A DNA stretch of 64,000 nt from positions 361,924-425,923 of the forward strand of contig CBDANO010000003.1 in NCBI GenBank assembly GCA_965197665.1. The letters run 5' to 3'. Of this stretch, positions 1-10,766 are shown in pieces (the stretch's first letter is position 1; each line of letters opens with the position of its first letter). This DNA comes from Dehalococcoidia bacterium (GTDB taxonomy: Bacteria > Chloroflexota > Dehalococcoidia > Lucifugimonadales > UBA3495). The notes beneath the pieces are model-generated. The model was not told the DNA's origin, searched no databases, and saw nothing but the letters and a program-made list of their open reading frames with translations. The position numbers were made by a program, and so were the translations under genes.

Positions 1-1
1 T

Positions 2-658
2 TCGGCAGCCCTTATGGCACTGTACCACCAGCGGCTTACCGGAGAAGGGCAGCACGTGGACGTTTCCATCCAGGAGTCCGTAGCCTCGGGGCTGAGGGAT
101 GTGGTGAGCAACTACACCTACACCGGCGCGGTGCGGCGCCGCCAGCCAAACCACAGCGGCGACCTGACGCGGCTGAGAGAAACCTCCGACGGCTACATCT
201 TGCCGAATCCCGGTCTCTCAACCGGCTTCGACTGGAATAAAGTAGTGGAGTTTCTGGGAAACCCCGAACTGGACGACGAGCGGTTTAGCACCCCCTCGGC
301 CCGGCTGGCCAACGCCGAGGCGCTGGGGGAGATCCTAGACCGCTATTTCCGGTCGGCAAAGAAATTGGAAATGTTTCATGCCGCTCATCAACGGCGCTTC
401 ATCTACGGCTTGGTCCAGTCGCCGGAAGAGGTCCACGCCGACCTCCAACTTCAACACAGGGGCTATTTCGTTGACGTGGACCACCCGGAGATGGGAACGG
501 TCCGGTTCCCAGGAGCGCCCTTCTTGATGAGCCGGACGCCCTGGGAAGCCCGGCGGGCGGCCCCGACCCTCGGCCAGCATAACCGGGAAGTGTACGGGCA
601 GCGGCTGGGCTACTCCGACTCCGACTTGGCTTCCCTGCGGTCCATGGAGGTTATGTAA
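2..658 (+). CDS. Family III CoA-transferase (CaiB/BaiF-type), C-terminal part; 5' end lies off-window
   Basis: Frame is open to the window edge (codons before the first Met read SAAL). The stretch YHQRLTGEGQHVDVSIQE and the tail are typical of family III CoA-transferases. The stop lies 3 nt before a paralogue. Confidence 0.75.
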   Translation, partial: SAALMALYHQRLTGEGQHVDVSIQESVASGLRDVVSNYTYTGAVRRRQPNHSGDLTRLRETSDGYILPNPGLSTGFDWNKVVEFLGNPELDDERFSTPSARLANAEALGEILDRYFRSAKKLEMFHAAHQRRFIYGLVQSPEEVHADLQLQHRGYFVDVDHPEMGTVRFPGAPFLMSRTPWEARRAAPTLGQHNREVYGQRLGYSDSDLASLRSMEVM

Positions 659-660
659 AG

Positions 661-2043
661 GTGGCCGGTCCGCTCCGGGGCATTCGGGTAATCGAAATGG
701 GGCAACTTATTGCCATACCGTGGGCCGCCAAGATGTTGGCCGACATGGGCGCCCAAGTAATTCGCTTGGAATCGTGCCAGCGGGTGGACAGCTATCGGAA
801 CGACTCCATTTACGAAAACGATACTCGAGGGGACTTCTGGAACCGCGGGGCTAACTTCTACGAGCAAAACAGAAACAAGCTGGGCGTAACCTTGGACTTA
901 AGCCAAGGTGAGGGACTCTCCCTACTGGGGGAGTTGGTGGCGGTCAGCGACGTCTTTGCCGAAAATTTTACGCCGCGGGTGATCAAGAACTTCCGCTTGG
1001 AGTATGACGACCTGCGGCAAATAAGGCCCGACATCATCATGGTTTCTTCCACCGGCTATGGCTACACAGGCCCTTGGTCTGAGTTCGGCGCCACCGGGCC
1101 GGCCACTGAGGGAGCTTCGGGACTGGCTTACATGACCGGCTATGCCGGCGGCCCTCCGGCGTTGCCCGAGATACCCCATACCGACTACACCGCGGCAGAG
1201 CATACGGTCTACGCGGTGATGGCGGCGCTGCTGCACCGGCTGCGCACGGGCCGCGGGCAATTCATCGACGTCTCCCAGGCCCAGACTGCCAGCGCAACGG
1301 TACCGGAGGCGTTGCTGGACTTCGCCGTCAACGGCAGAATCGAACCCCGGTCGGGCAATGAGCATCCCGCCATGGCGCCTCACGGCTGCTACCCTTGCCG
1401 GGGCGATGACCGTTGGATTGCCGTCGCTGTTGCCAATGATGCGCAATGGCGGGCTTTTTGCGGCGTGTTGGACCGGGCGGCGTGGGTTGACGACCGCCGT
1501 TTCGCCGACGAAAACGTCCGCTGGCGTTACCGGGAGGAACTGGACCGTTTGGTGTCCGAAGGGACCCTAGAGTGGCAGGCCCGGGAGTTGATGGACCGGT
1601 TGCAAGCCGTGGGAGTGGCAGCGGGTGCGGTCCTAGACAGCAAGGACCTGTTATTCGACCCTCACCTGAAAGCGCGGCGGTTCTTCGAAGTTACGCGGCA
1701 CCATGCCAGCACCGGGATCCCTCCGCTGCCCTACGCCGGCCGGCCGTGGAAACTGTCGGCTACCCCGGCGGTGGAGGGCAAAGCGGCCCCAATCATGGGG
1801 GAACACAACCGGACGGTTCTAGGCGAGTTGTTGGGCCGGACGGAAAAGGAGTTGACCCACCTGGAAGAGCAGGGAGTCATCGGCTATCGCCCGGTCAACC
1901 TTAGACCGATAGAAAGGCCGCCGCTGGAAGAGCAGGTCCGGCAAGGCCGGCTGCAACGCCACGAAGCGGACTTCAGAGAGCAAGTAACGGAATTCTTTAG
2001 AATAGATTGGTCCCCACCACTTCGGTCGGCCGAGGACGATTGA
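661..2043 (+). CDS. Family III CoA-transferase (CaiB/BaiF-type)
   Basis: 460-aa ORF with a GTG start. The N-terminus GIRVIEMGQLIAIPWAAKMLADMGAQVIRLE is the signature region of this family. Confidence 0.85.
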   Translation: MAGPLRGIRVIEMGQLIAIPWAAKMLADMGAQVIRLESCQRVDSYRNDSIYENDTRGDFWNRGANFYEQNRNKLGVTLDLSQGEGLSLLGELVAVSDVFAENFTPRVIKNFRLEYDDLRQIRPDIIMVSSTGYGYTGPWSEFGATGPATEGASGLAYMTGYAGGPPALPEIPHTDYTAAEHTVYAVMAALLHRLRTGRGQFIDVSQAQTASATVPEALLDFAVNGRIEPRSGNEHPAMAPHGCYPCRGDDRWIAVAVANDAQWRAFCGVLDRAAWVDDRRFADENVRWRYREELDRLVSEGTLEWQARELMDRLQAVGVAAGAVLDSKDLLFDPHLKARRFFEVTRHHASTGIPPLPYAGRPWKLSATPAVEGKAAPIMGEHNRTVLGELLGRTEKELTHLEEQGVIGYRPVNLRPIERPPLEEQVRQGRLQRHEADFREQVTEFFRIDWSPPLRSAEDD

Positions 2044-2054
2044 TAGCTAAGCCT

Positions 2055-2648
2055 TCACTGCCGGCGGGACGCTTCGTATGCCGCGATCTTGTCTTCGAAT
2101 TGCAAAGTCAGGCCGATGTCGTCCAAGCCGTGGAGCAGGGCGTGCCGGCGGGCAGGGTCTACATCGAAAGATATTGAGATTGCTTCATCATCCGACCATA
2201 TTCGTTGCGCTTCCAAGTCCACGTTCAACCTGCTCCCGGGGTTGGCCAAGGCATGGCCCATCACTAGGCGGGCCTCCTCCTCCGGGAGCCTTACCGGCAA
2301 CAGACCGTTCTTGAAGCAGTTGCTGTAGAAGATGTCGGCGAAGCTCGGGGCGATGACGCACCGGATGCCGTAGTCGTGAAGGGCCCACGGAGCGTGCTCC
2401 CGGGAAGAGCCGCAGCCGAAGTTGCTGCCTCCGACCAAGATATTGGCATTCCGGTACTCGGGGTCATTCAGAACGAAGCCGGGGTTTGGACTGCCGTCGA
2501 GGTTGTAACGCCAAGGGGCGAACAAAAAATCGCCGAAGCCGGTACGTTCGATACTCTTCAGGTAAACGGCGGGAATAATTTGGTCTGTGTCCACGTTCGC
2601 CCGGTCCAGGGGGGCGGCAACACCATCCAGTTTTCGAAACGGTTCCAT
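2055..2648 (-). CDS. leuD: 3-isopropylmalate dehydratase small subunit
   Basis: 197-aa ORF with the motifs [17 protein letters not shown] and [17 protein letters not shown]. It lies 9 nt downstream of leuC. Confidence 0.9.
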   Translation of the reverse strand: MEPFRKLDGVAAPLDRANVDTDQIIPAVYLKSIERTGFGDFLFAPWRYNLDGSPNPGFVLNDPEYRNANILVGGSNFGCGSSREHAPWALHDYGIRCVIAPSFADIFYSNCFKNGLLPVRLPEEEARLVMGHALANPGSRLNVDLEAQRIWSDDEAISISFDVDPARRHALLHGLDDIGLTLQFEDKIAAYEASRRQ

Positions 2649-2657
2649 TTTGGACTC

Positions 2658-4058
2658 CTACCACTCCCTAATATCTACGAAGTGCCCCGCTACGCCGGCG
2701 GCCGCGGCCATGGCGGGGCTTACCAGATGGGTGCGCCCGCCTTTGCCTTGACGGTTTTCGAAGTTCCGGTTGGAAGTGGAGGCGCACCGTTGCCCCGGGT
2801 CCAGGGTATCCGGGTTCATGCCCAGGCACATGGAGCAGCCGGCGACCCTCCAGTCAAAACCGGCGTCTTTGAAAATCCGGTCCAATCCTTCCTCCTCGGC
2901 TTGCTCCTTTATTCGGGCGGACCCGGGCACCACCATCGCATAGACCTCCGGATGGACCGAGCGCCCTTTGACTACTTCCGCAGCGGCTCGGAGGTCTTCC
3001 AACCGGGCGTTGGTGCAGGCGCCAATGAAGACCCGGTCGATTTTTACGTCTTGAATGGGAGTATCCGGCTCCAAGTCCATGTAACGCAAGGCCCTCTCGG
3101 CAACCTCACGGTCGTTGGCGTCGCTGAACGACGCCGGGTCGGGTATGCGGGCGGTGACCGGGACCACCATCCCGGGATTGATCCCCCAAGTGACGTAGGG
3201 CTCCAGGCCGGCGGCGTCCACCTCGATCAACCGGTCATAAATTGCGCCGTCGTCCGTGGGGAGGGCGTTCCACCGCTCCACGGCAGTCTCGAAGTCGCGG
3301 CCCCGGGGAGCGAAGGGGCGGCCTCGCAAATACTCGAAAGTCGTTTCGTCGGGCGCGATCATGCCGGCTCGAGCGCCCCCTTCGATGCTCATGTTGCAAA
3401 CCGTCATCCGGCCGTCCATGGACAAGGACCGAATAGCCTCGCCGGTGTACTCGATGACGTGACCCACGCCGCCGTTTACCCCAATGCGGCCGATGATGCC
3501 CAATATCACGTCCTTGGCGGTAACTCCGGCAGGCAACTTGCCATCGACCCGCACCTCCATAGTCTTGGGTTTGAACTGGCGCAAGGTTTGAGTGGCCAGC
3601 ACGTGCTCCACTTCAGAAGTGCCGATGCCCACGGCCAAGGCGCCCAAGGCGCCGTGGGTGGAGGTGTGGCTATCGCCGCAGACCACCGTCTTACCCGGCT
3701 GGGTGTACCCCAAGTCCGGCCCGATTATGTGAACAATGCCCTGCATCGGGCTGAACCGGTCGTAAAGGGTCACGCCAAACTCCTGGCAGTTCTTGGAGAG
3801 GGCTTCCAGTTGTTTCCTGGATATCTCATCGGTCACCGGGCGGGACAACTCCCAAGTGGGGGTGTTGTGGTCGGCAGTCGCCACGGTCAAGTCGGTCCGC
3901 CGGACCCGGCGTCCGGCTAGTCGCAACCCGTCGAAGGCTTGGGGCGACGTTACTTCGTGCACCAGGTGAAGGTCAATATAGATGATGGTGGGTTGCTCCG
4001 GCTCTTGGTGCACCACGTGGTCGTCCCAAATCTTTTCGAACATCGTCTTCGGCGGCAT
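2658..4058 (-). CDS. leuC: 3-isopropylmalate dehydratase large subunit
   Basis: Aconitase-family motifs [33 protein letters not shown] and [10 protein letters not shown]. The ORF track starts at 4169, but homology begins at [11 protein letters not shown] (ATG 4058). Confidence 0.9.
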   Translation of the reverse strand: MPPKTMFEKIWDDHVVHQEPEQPTIIYIDLHLVHEVTSPQAFDGLRLAGRRVRRTDLTVATADHNTPTWELSRPVTDEISRKQLEALSKNCQEFGVTLYDRFSPMQGIVHIIGPDLGYTQPGKTVVCGDSHTSTHGALGALAVGIGTSEVEHVLATQTLRQFKPKTMEVRVDGKLPAGVTAKDVILGIIGRIGVNGGVGHVIEYTGEAIRSLSMDGRMTVCNMSIEGGARAGMIAPDETTFEYLRGRPFAPRGRDFETAVERWNALPTDDGAIYDRLIEVDAAGLEPYVTWGINPGMVVPVTARIPDPASFSDANDREVAERALRYMDLEPDTPIQDVKIDRVFIGACTNARLEDLRAAAEVVKGRSVHPEVYAMVVPGSARIKEQAEEEGLDRIFKDAGFDWRVAGCSMCLGMNPDTLDPGQRCASTSNRNFENRQGKGGRTHLVSPAMAAAAGVAGHFVDIREW

Positions 4059-4427
4059 GTAGTCAGACCTCTCTTGAGGAGAATCCGTTAGAGCGGTGCG
4101 CCCCGGCGCCCCTTGAATGGGCCGCGCCGGGGGCTGATGGTGAAGCGCGGCTAGGAAAGCGTAGCGCATTATAACATTGCTTTTTCACCCACGAATAGCG
4201 AAGGTATAGACTGTCGGCCAACCGCCTCCAAGCTCCGTCTAAGCGTGGGGGGCGCCTAGGAAAGTGGCCGGCCCCACCACCGGGTGGTCGCGGTGTTAAA
4301 CTAGCGAAGGCCCCTTTCGTCCGGCGGCGCGGGCCAGCCGGGGGCATCAACCTGAAAAGTTTGGCCGCGGCCGGGCCGCTTCCCGCACCGCTTCTATAGG
4401 ACCACTTCTAAAAGGAGGAACGATAAC

Positions 4428-7052
4428 ATGCCCGCATCTGAGGCGTTCGCGCTGCCGACGTCGGTGCGCCCCACCAGGTACGCGATCAAGCTGCAACCGG
4501 ACTTCGAGAAGTTCTCATATAGCGGCGAAGAAAGCGTCGCTATCGAAATCACGGACCCGGTTTCTGAAATCGTACTGAATGCCGTTGACCTGCAGGTGAA
4601 TTCAGCCGCCTTCTCCAGAGACGGTTCAACGGTCGCGGCCAAGAGTATCCGGTTGGACGAGTCTCGAGAAACCCTTACGTTGGAGTTGGGCGAGACCGTT
4701 ACTCCGGGTCCGGCTACCCTGAGGCTGGAATTTACCGGGGAGCTCAATGACAAGCTGCACGGTTTCTACCGGAGCCGGTACACGGGCCCCGGCGGGCAGG
4801 AGCGCCACTTGGCGGCGACCCAGTTCGAAGCCACCGACGCCCGCCGGGCCTTCCCTTGCTGGGACGAGCCGGCCCGGAAGGCCGTGTTCGAGGTTACTCT
4901 AGTAGTTCCCTCCGAGCTTGCGGCCGTGTCCAACACACCGGTCGTCGATGAGAAGGATGCCGGGCCGGGACTCAAAACCATCCGCTTCGCGGAGACTCCG
5001 GTGATGTCCACCTACATCTTAGCCTTCATCGTTGGGGACTTGGTCTCGGTCGAGTCCCAATATGAGAGCGAAGACGCCGCAACCAAGGTCGCCGTCTGGA
5101 CCACTCGCGGCAAGGAGGACCAAGGGCGCTTCGCTCTGGATACTTCAGTGCGGCTGCTCTCCTTTTTCAACGAATATTTTGGTATCCCGTACCCCCTGGC
5201 AAAGCTGGACCACATTGCTATTCCCGACTTTGCCGCCGGCGCCATGGAAAACTGGGGGGCTATTACCTACCGGGAAACGGCCCTCCTGGTCGATGCGGCG
5301 AATTCTTCAGCGGGCACCCGCCAGCGGGTGGCTGAAGTAGTAGCCCACGAGATGGCCCACATGTGGTTCGGCGACTTGGTGACCATGGAATGGTGGGATG
5401 ACCTGTGGCTTAACGAGAGTTTTGCTTCATGGATGGGGACCAAGGCGGTGGACTGGCTTTTCCCCGATTGGGAAATGTGGACCCAGTTCGTGAACATGGA
5501 CACCAACCGCGCGTTGAGCTTGGATGGCCTCAAGAACTCCCATCCCATCGAGCAAGAGGTCCGAAACCCGGCGGAGGTCAACCAACTATTCGACGCGATC
5601 AGCTACTCCAAGGGCGCGTCGGTAATCCGTATGCTGGAGCAGTTCCTGGGACCGGAAACTTTCCGGCGGGGCCTCCAGAGGTATCTCACTTCCCATCAGT
5701 ACGGAAACGCCCGAACCGAAGACCTTTGGTCGGCGTTGGAAGAGGCTTCAGGCCAGCCGGTGACCTCGATCATGGACTCTTGGACCAAGCAAATGGGGTA
5801 CCCGGTGCTTCAAGTTGAAACCGTCGGCGCCCCCGGCGGGGAGGAACTGGTTCTTTCCCAGGAACGCTTCGTTTATGACCGGCTGCTGGATAGTCGGGAT
5901 GAGAATGGGGATGACGGCGGAGCGGGGCCGGAGGTTTGGCAGGCGCCGGTTAGGGTCAGTCACGCCGGCGGAGAGTCTACGTCCCTGTTGATGGCCGGCC
6001 GCCAGGCCCGGATGCCCTTGCGGCGCCAAGATGACGCCCCAAGGTCTTGGTTCAAAGTCAATCTCAACCAGACGGGCTTCTTCAGGGTCAACTACCGCCC
6101 CGAGGACTGGGACAAATTGGTACCCGCCATCCACGGCTTGGAGTTGCCGGCCTCCGACCGCTTGGGCATCCAGAACGACGCCTATTCCCTGTCTAGGGCC
6201 GGGATGTTGCCGGTTACCCAATTCCTCACTCTGGCCAAAGCTTATGTCAACGAGACGGACGCTTCGGTATGGGGCGACCTCTCCAGCAACCTAAGAGACG
6301 TGGACGTGTTGTTGGCGGAGGAACGGTCGAAAGACGATTACCAGTCCTTCGCCCAAGCAATTTTCCGCCCCGCGGTGGAACGCGTGGGCTGGGAAGTCAC
6401 GCCGGAAGAAGGCCACTTGGACGCCTTGGTGAGGAGTACAGTTCTGAGCCAAGCGGGAAGCTATGGAGACCCTGGCGTCCTCGAACAAGCTAAAGCGCGG
6501 TTCGAAGGCTACGTTCAAGACCCGTCCGCCGTGCACCCGGACCTGCGGGGCGTTGTGCTCAGCTTGACCGCACAGACCGGCGGCAGAGGGACTTACGACC
6601 AACTGTGGAGAATGGAGAAGGAAACGGCCCTGCAAGAGGAAAAAATTCGGTTGTTGTTGGCGCTCACTAGGTTCTCCGACCTAGAGCTATTGCGGGAAAC
6701 CCTAGAGCGGTCTCTATCGTCGGAAGTGCGCCTTCAGGATACGATCAGCGTGGTCGCCGGGGTCGCCTCCAACCACCGCGGAAGGGACCTAGCGTGGCAG
6801 TTCATCAAGGATAATTGGGCAGAGTTCGACCGGCGCTACGGCGCCGGAGGGTTCGGGCTGATGCGGTTGGTGTCCGTTTGCGGCGCCTTTACCAGCCAAG
6901 ACCGGCTGAACGACGTGGAAAACTTCTTCCAAGAGAACCCAACGCCGGCCGCCGAGCGGACTATACGGCAAGCCTTGGAGCGGATCAAGCTAAACGTGAA
7001 GTGGTTGGAGCGAAACCGGGAAGAAGTGGCGGCGTGGCTCGCCGACGCCTGA
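4428..7052 (+). CDS. pepN: M1-family aminopeptidase N
   Basis: 874-aa ORF with the GAMENWG motif and the zinc site HEMAHMWFGDLVTMEWWDDLWLNESFA (HExxH-18-E). An AAGGAGG RBS lies upstream. Confidence 0.9.
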   Translation: MPASEAFALPTSVRPTRYAIKLQPDFEKFSYSGEESVAIEITDPVSEIVLNAVDLQVNSAAFSRDGSTVAAKSIRLDESRETLTLELGETVTPGPATLRLEFTGELNDKLHGFYRSRYTGPGGQERHLAATQFEATDARRAFPCWDEPARKAVFEVTLVVPSELAAVSNTPVVDEKDAGPGLKTIRFAETPVMSTYILAFIVGDLVSVESQYESEDAATKVAVWTTRGKEDQGRFALDTSVRLLSFFNEYFGIPYPLAKLDHIAIPDFAAGAMENWGAITYRETALLVDAANSSAGTRQRVAEVVAHEMAHMWFGDLVTMEWWDDLWLNESFASWMGTKAVDWLFPDWEMWTQFVNMDTNRALSLDGLKNSHPIEQEVRNPAEVNQLFDAISYSKGASVIRMLEQFLGPETFRRGLQRYLTSHQYGNARTEDLWSALEEASGQPVTSIMDSWTKQMGYPVLQVETVGAPGGEELVLSQERFVYDRLLDSRDENGDDGGAGPEVWQAPVRVSHAGGESTSLLMAGRQARMPLRRQDDAPRSWFKVNLNQTGFFRVNYRPEDWDKLVPAIHGLELPASDRLGIQNDAYSLSRAGMLPVTQFLTLAKAYVNETDASVWGDLSSNLRDVDVLLAEERSKDDYQSFAQAIFRPAVERVGWEVTPEEGHLDALVRSTVLSQAGSYGDPGVLEQAKARFEGYVQDPSAVHPDLRGVVLSLTAQTGGRGTYDQLWRMEKETALQEEKIRLLLALTRFSDLELLRETLERSLSSEVRLQDTISVVAGVASNHRGRDLAWQFIKDNWAEFDRRYGAGGFGLMRLVSVCGAFTSQDRLNDVENFFQENPTPAAERTIRQALERIKLNVKWLERNREEVAAWLADA

Positions 7053-7101
7053 AGAAGCACAAGGACCCGGCTAGTGCTACAATGGCGATTGATTTAGTTC
7101 A

Positions 7102-10100
7102 ATGCTTGATGAGTTTATGGACAACACGCACCGAATCGACGCCCTGAAATCGTCGCTGAAGGAACGCATTCTGATCATCGATGGGGCCATGGGCACGTCT
7201 ATACAGGACCGCGGCCTTGGGCCGGACGACTTTGGTGGCCTCGCCTATGAAGGATGCAATGAGTACCTGGTAGTCACCCGCCCTGACGTAATCGAAGGGA
7301 TTCACCAGGAATTTTTGGACGCTGGGGCCGACATCATAGAAACCAACACCTTCGGGGCGACCTCGGTGGTGCTGGAGGAGTACGGGCTGGCCCACGAGGC
7401 CAAGCGGCTAAACCGAGAAGCGGCCCAATTGGCCCGTCGAGCGGCCGACGAGGCCGGCAGAGCGGGGAAGCTCCGCTTTGTGGCCGGGTCTATGGGGCCG
7501 ACCACAAAGACCATTTCGGTTACCGGCGGCGTCACTTTCGAAGCGCTGGCCGGCGCATATCGGCAGCAAGCGGCCGGCCTGATGGAGGGCGGCGCCGACC
7601 TGCTACTCCTAGAGACCGGCCAAGACACTCTGAATATCAAAGCTGGGCTGGAGGGCATCGACCTGGCCTTCAGCGAGTTGGGCCGGTCCATTCCGGTGGC
7701 CGTTCAAGGCACTATCGAACCGATGGGGACCCTTTTGGCCGGGCAGGACGCGGAAGCCTTTTACACTTCCCTGGCCCACCGGGACTTGTTATGGATCGGC
7801 TTGAACTGCGCCACCGGGCCGGAGTTCATGACCGACCACATACGCACCCTCGCGGGGCTGTCCCGTTTTCCAGTGGCCTGCGTTCCCAACGCCGGGCTGC
7901 CCGACGAAGACGGGAGGTACAACGAGACCCCGGAGATGCTGGCGAATACTTTGGCGCGCTTCATGGATTCCCGCTGGCTAAACGTAGTTGGCGGGTGCTG
8001 CGGCACCGGACCGGACCACGTCAGCTTGCTGGCAAGGCGGGCCGAAGGGCGCGCCCCGCGTGAGACGGTCCGGTCCTCGGCGACGCGAATCTCGGGAATA
8101 GAGGCGTTGGTAGTTGACCAAGACACCCGCCCCGCTATTGTGGGCGAGCGCACCAACGTGCTGGGGAGCCGCCGTTTCCGTAGGCTCATCGCCGAGGGGG
8201 CCTTCGAGGAAGCGTCGGAAATAGGCCGCCGCCAAGTGCGCAACGGCGCCCATCTGCTGGACGTCTGTCTTCAAGACCCGGACCGGAACGAGACGGCCGA
8301 CCTGACGACCTTCCTCGAACTGCTGACCAAGAAGATCAAGACGCCGGTGATGATCGACTCGACCGACACGGAAGCCGTAGAACAAGCCTTGAAACTCTTG
8401 CAGGGGAAGTCGGTCATCAATTCCATAAACCTGGAGGACGGAGAGGCCCGCTTTCAAGCTATAGTCCCCTTGGCGCGGCGGTACGGGGCGGCCCTGGTGG
8501 TGGGCTGCATCGACGAAGACAAACAGCAGGCGCAAGCCGTTACCCGGCAGCGAAAGCTGGAAGTCGCCAAGCGTTCCTTCCGGATTCTAACGGAAAAGTA
8601 CGGCGTGCGCCCCGAAGACATCATATTCGACCCGCTGGTATTCCCGGCGGGCACCGGCGACGTGAACTATGTTGGGTCAGCCGCCGAAACGATAGAAGGG
8701 GTGCGCTTGATTAAGGAAGCCATCCCCGAAGCCAAAACGGTCCTGGGCATATCCAACGTATCCTTCGGGCTGCCCGGCGCAGGGCGGGAGGTGCTCAACT
8801 CAGTGTTCTTGTATCACTGCGTTCAGGCTGGGTTGGACATGGCTATCGTCAACTCGGAGCTGATGCAGCGTTATACTTCCATCCCTGAGCAGGAGAGGGA
8901 GCTGGCCGAAGACCTGATTTGGCACCGGGGTGAAGACCCGGTAGCGGCTTTCGCCGCCCACTTCCGAGACCGCCCCCCCCAAGCCACCGATGAAGAGCGG
9001 CGAGGCCTTCCGTTAGACCAACGCTTGGCCCTGGCAATAATCGAAGGCACCAAGGAGGGACTGGCTGAGGATCTAGAGGAAGCCCTAACCGAGAGAGAGC
9101 CCTTGGAAATCATCAACGGGCCCTTGATGGAGGGAATGACCGAAGTCGGGCGGCAATTCAACCTCAACCAGTTGATCGTGGCCGAGGTCCTCCAGTCTGC
9201 CGAGTCGATGAAATTCGCCGTGGCCCACTTGGAACCCCACATGGACCGGGTGGACAGCGCCATCCGGGGCAAGATCGTATTGGCTACGGTAAAAGGCGAC
9301 GTTCACGACATCGGCAAGAACCTCGTGGACATCATTCTTTCCAACAACGGCTACCGGATCATCAACCTGGGAATCAAGGTGCCTCCCCAGGAGTTGATCG
9401 ACGCCTACCAAGAGCACCGGCCAGACATCATCGGTTTGTCCGGCCTTCTGGTGAAGTCGGCTCAGATGATGGTGGAAACCGCCCAGGACTTCCAGCAGGC
9501 CGGAGTCAACTGCCCCATGCTGGTGGGGGGCGCCGCTCTATCCAACCGGTTCACCCGCCTTCGCATCGCGCCGGAGTACGACGGCCTCGTTGCTTACGCC
9601 CCGGATGCTATGTCCGGACTGGCCTTGGCCAACACGGTCATGGACGCGGACGAGCGGCAAAAGCTGGCCGCTCACCTTGACGCGGAAACCGATGAGCTGC
9701 TGAGGACACGCCCGCGAACGGCAGGACCGGCCCATCGACGAGTCTCCGGCCCCGCCATCTCCGGCCCGGGTCCGGCGCGACTTTCCTATACCCAACCCCC
9801 CCGACCTGAAGCTTCACGTGCTTCGGGACTTCGACTTGGAGCGGATTTTCCCCATGATAAATCCGCAGATGCTCTACGGGCGCCACCTGGGATTCAAGGG
9901 CCGGTTCGCTGAAGCGATAGCCGCCGGGGACCCCGCGGCCCAGGAGCTGCGCGAATCGGTCCGCAAGGTCGAGGAGTTGGTGCTGGCCAGCCGTCAAGTC
10001 AACTCCAACGCCGTGTTCAAATTCTTCCCTTGCCAAGGGGACGGCCAGAAGCTGTTGGTCTATAGCCCGGACGGCCAATCGGTGCTGGAGACCTTCTATT

Positions 10101-10642
10101 TCGGCCGCCAGTCCCAGCGGGACGGGTTGTGCCTGGCCGACTACGTTAGGCCCAAGGACAACCCGGACGGGCCTGACGACGTGGACTACGTCGCAATGTT
10201 CATTACCTCCGTGGGACCGGGAACCCTGGAACTGTCGGAGCGTCTGAAGGCCGAGGGGCGGTTCTTAGACTCTCATATCCTTCAAGCGCTGGCCTTGGAG
10301 AGCGCGGAAGCATTTGCGGAACTGCTCCACCAGCAAATAAGGCAGATGTGGGGCTTCGGCGACCCGCCCGGCGTCTCCCATCAAGACCTGTTCCGGACCC
10401 AGTACCGGGGCCGGCGTTATTCCTTCGGCTATCCGGCCTGCCCCCGGCTGGAGGACCAAGACAAGCTGTTCCGGCTGCTGGACGTCACCGCCAACATAGG
10501 TGTGGAGTTGACCGAAGGGTTTATGATGGACCCTGAGTCGTCGGTGTCCGCTCTGGTCTTTCATCATCCCGACGCCAAGTACTTCAACCTCAACGAGCAA
10601 GACGTAGACCGCTTGGAGAGAGAGGCCGCCGAGAGGTCGTGA
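7102..10642 (+). CDS. metH: Cobalamin-dependent methionine synthase, split into two overlapping ORFs by an apparent +1 frameshift near 9706-9712
   Basis: ORF 7102..9912 (frame 1) carries the Hcy-binding, pterin-binding and B12-binding (GDVHDIGKN) modules. ORF 9818..10642 (frame 2, open from 9704) carries the AdoMet activation domain (RYSFGYPACP). Joined length is about 1180 aa. Confidence 0.8.
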
Positions 10643-10766
10643 AGGGGCTTCCCCTCTACTCCGGTGGAATTTCTCGAGAAGCCGGCAGACTCGAGTTTGG
10701 CAAAAGGGTCCGGATTCTAATCATGCCGCCGCGGGGCCTTTCGGCCAGCCCGCAGCCGGAGATGTT

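Noticed and set aside
2376-3920. 514-aa + strand ORF, plus similar long ORFs at 11250..12227 (-), 16407..17465 (-), 20288..21607 (+), 36288..37355 (+), 45547..46428 (+) and 28547..29140 (-).
   Set aside because: Each is fully antisense to, or out of frame with, a gene that has clear family motifs. Their translations are Arg/Gly/Pro/Ala-rich and low in complexity, as expected for spurious ORFs in high-GC DNA.
4059-4169. N-terminal 37-codon extension of leuC given by the ORF track ([12 protein letters not shown]...).
   Set aside because: Homology to LeuC begins at [11 protein letters not shown] (ATG 4058). The extension overlaps the promoter-like and hairpin region.
9796-9802. C7 homopolymer as the site of the metH frameshift.
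   Set aside because: Frame 2 is already open and MetH-like from 9704, so the shift must lie upstream, around 9706-9712.
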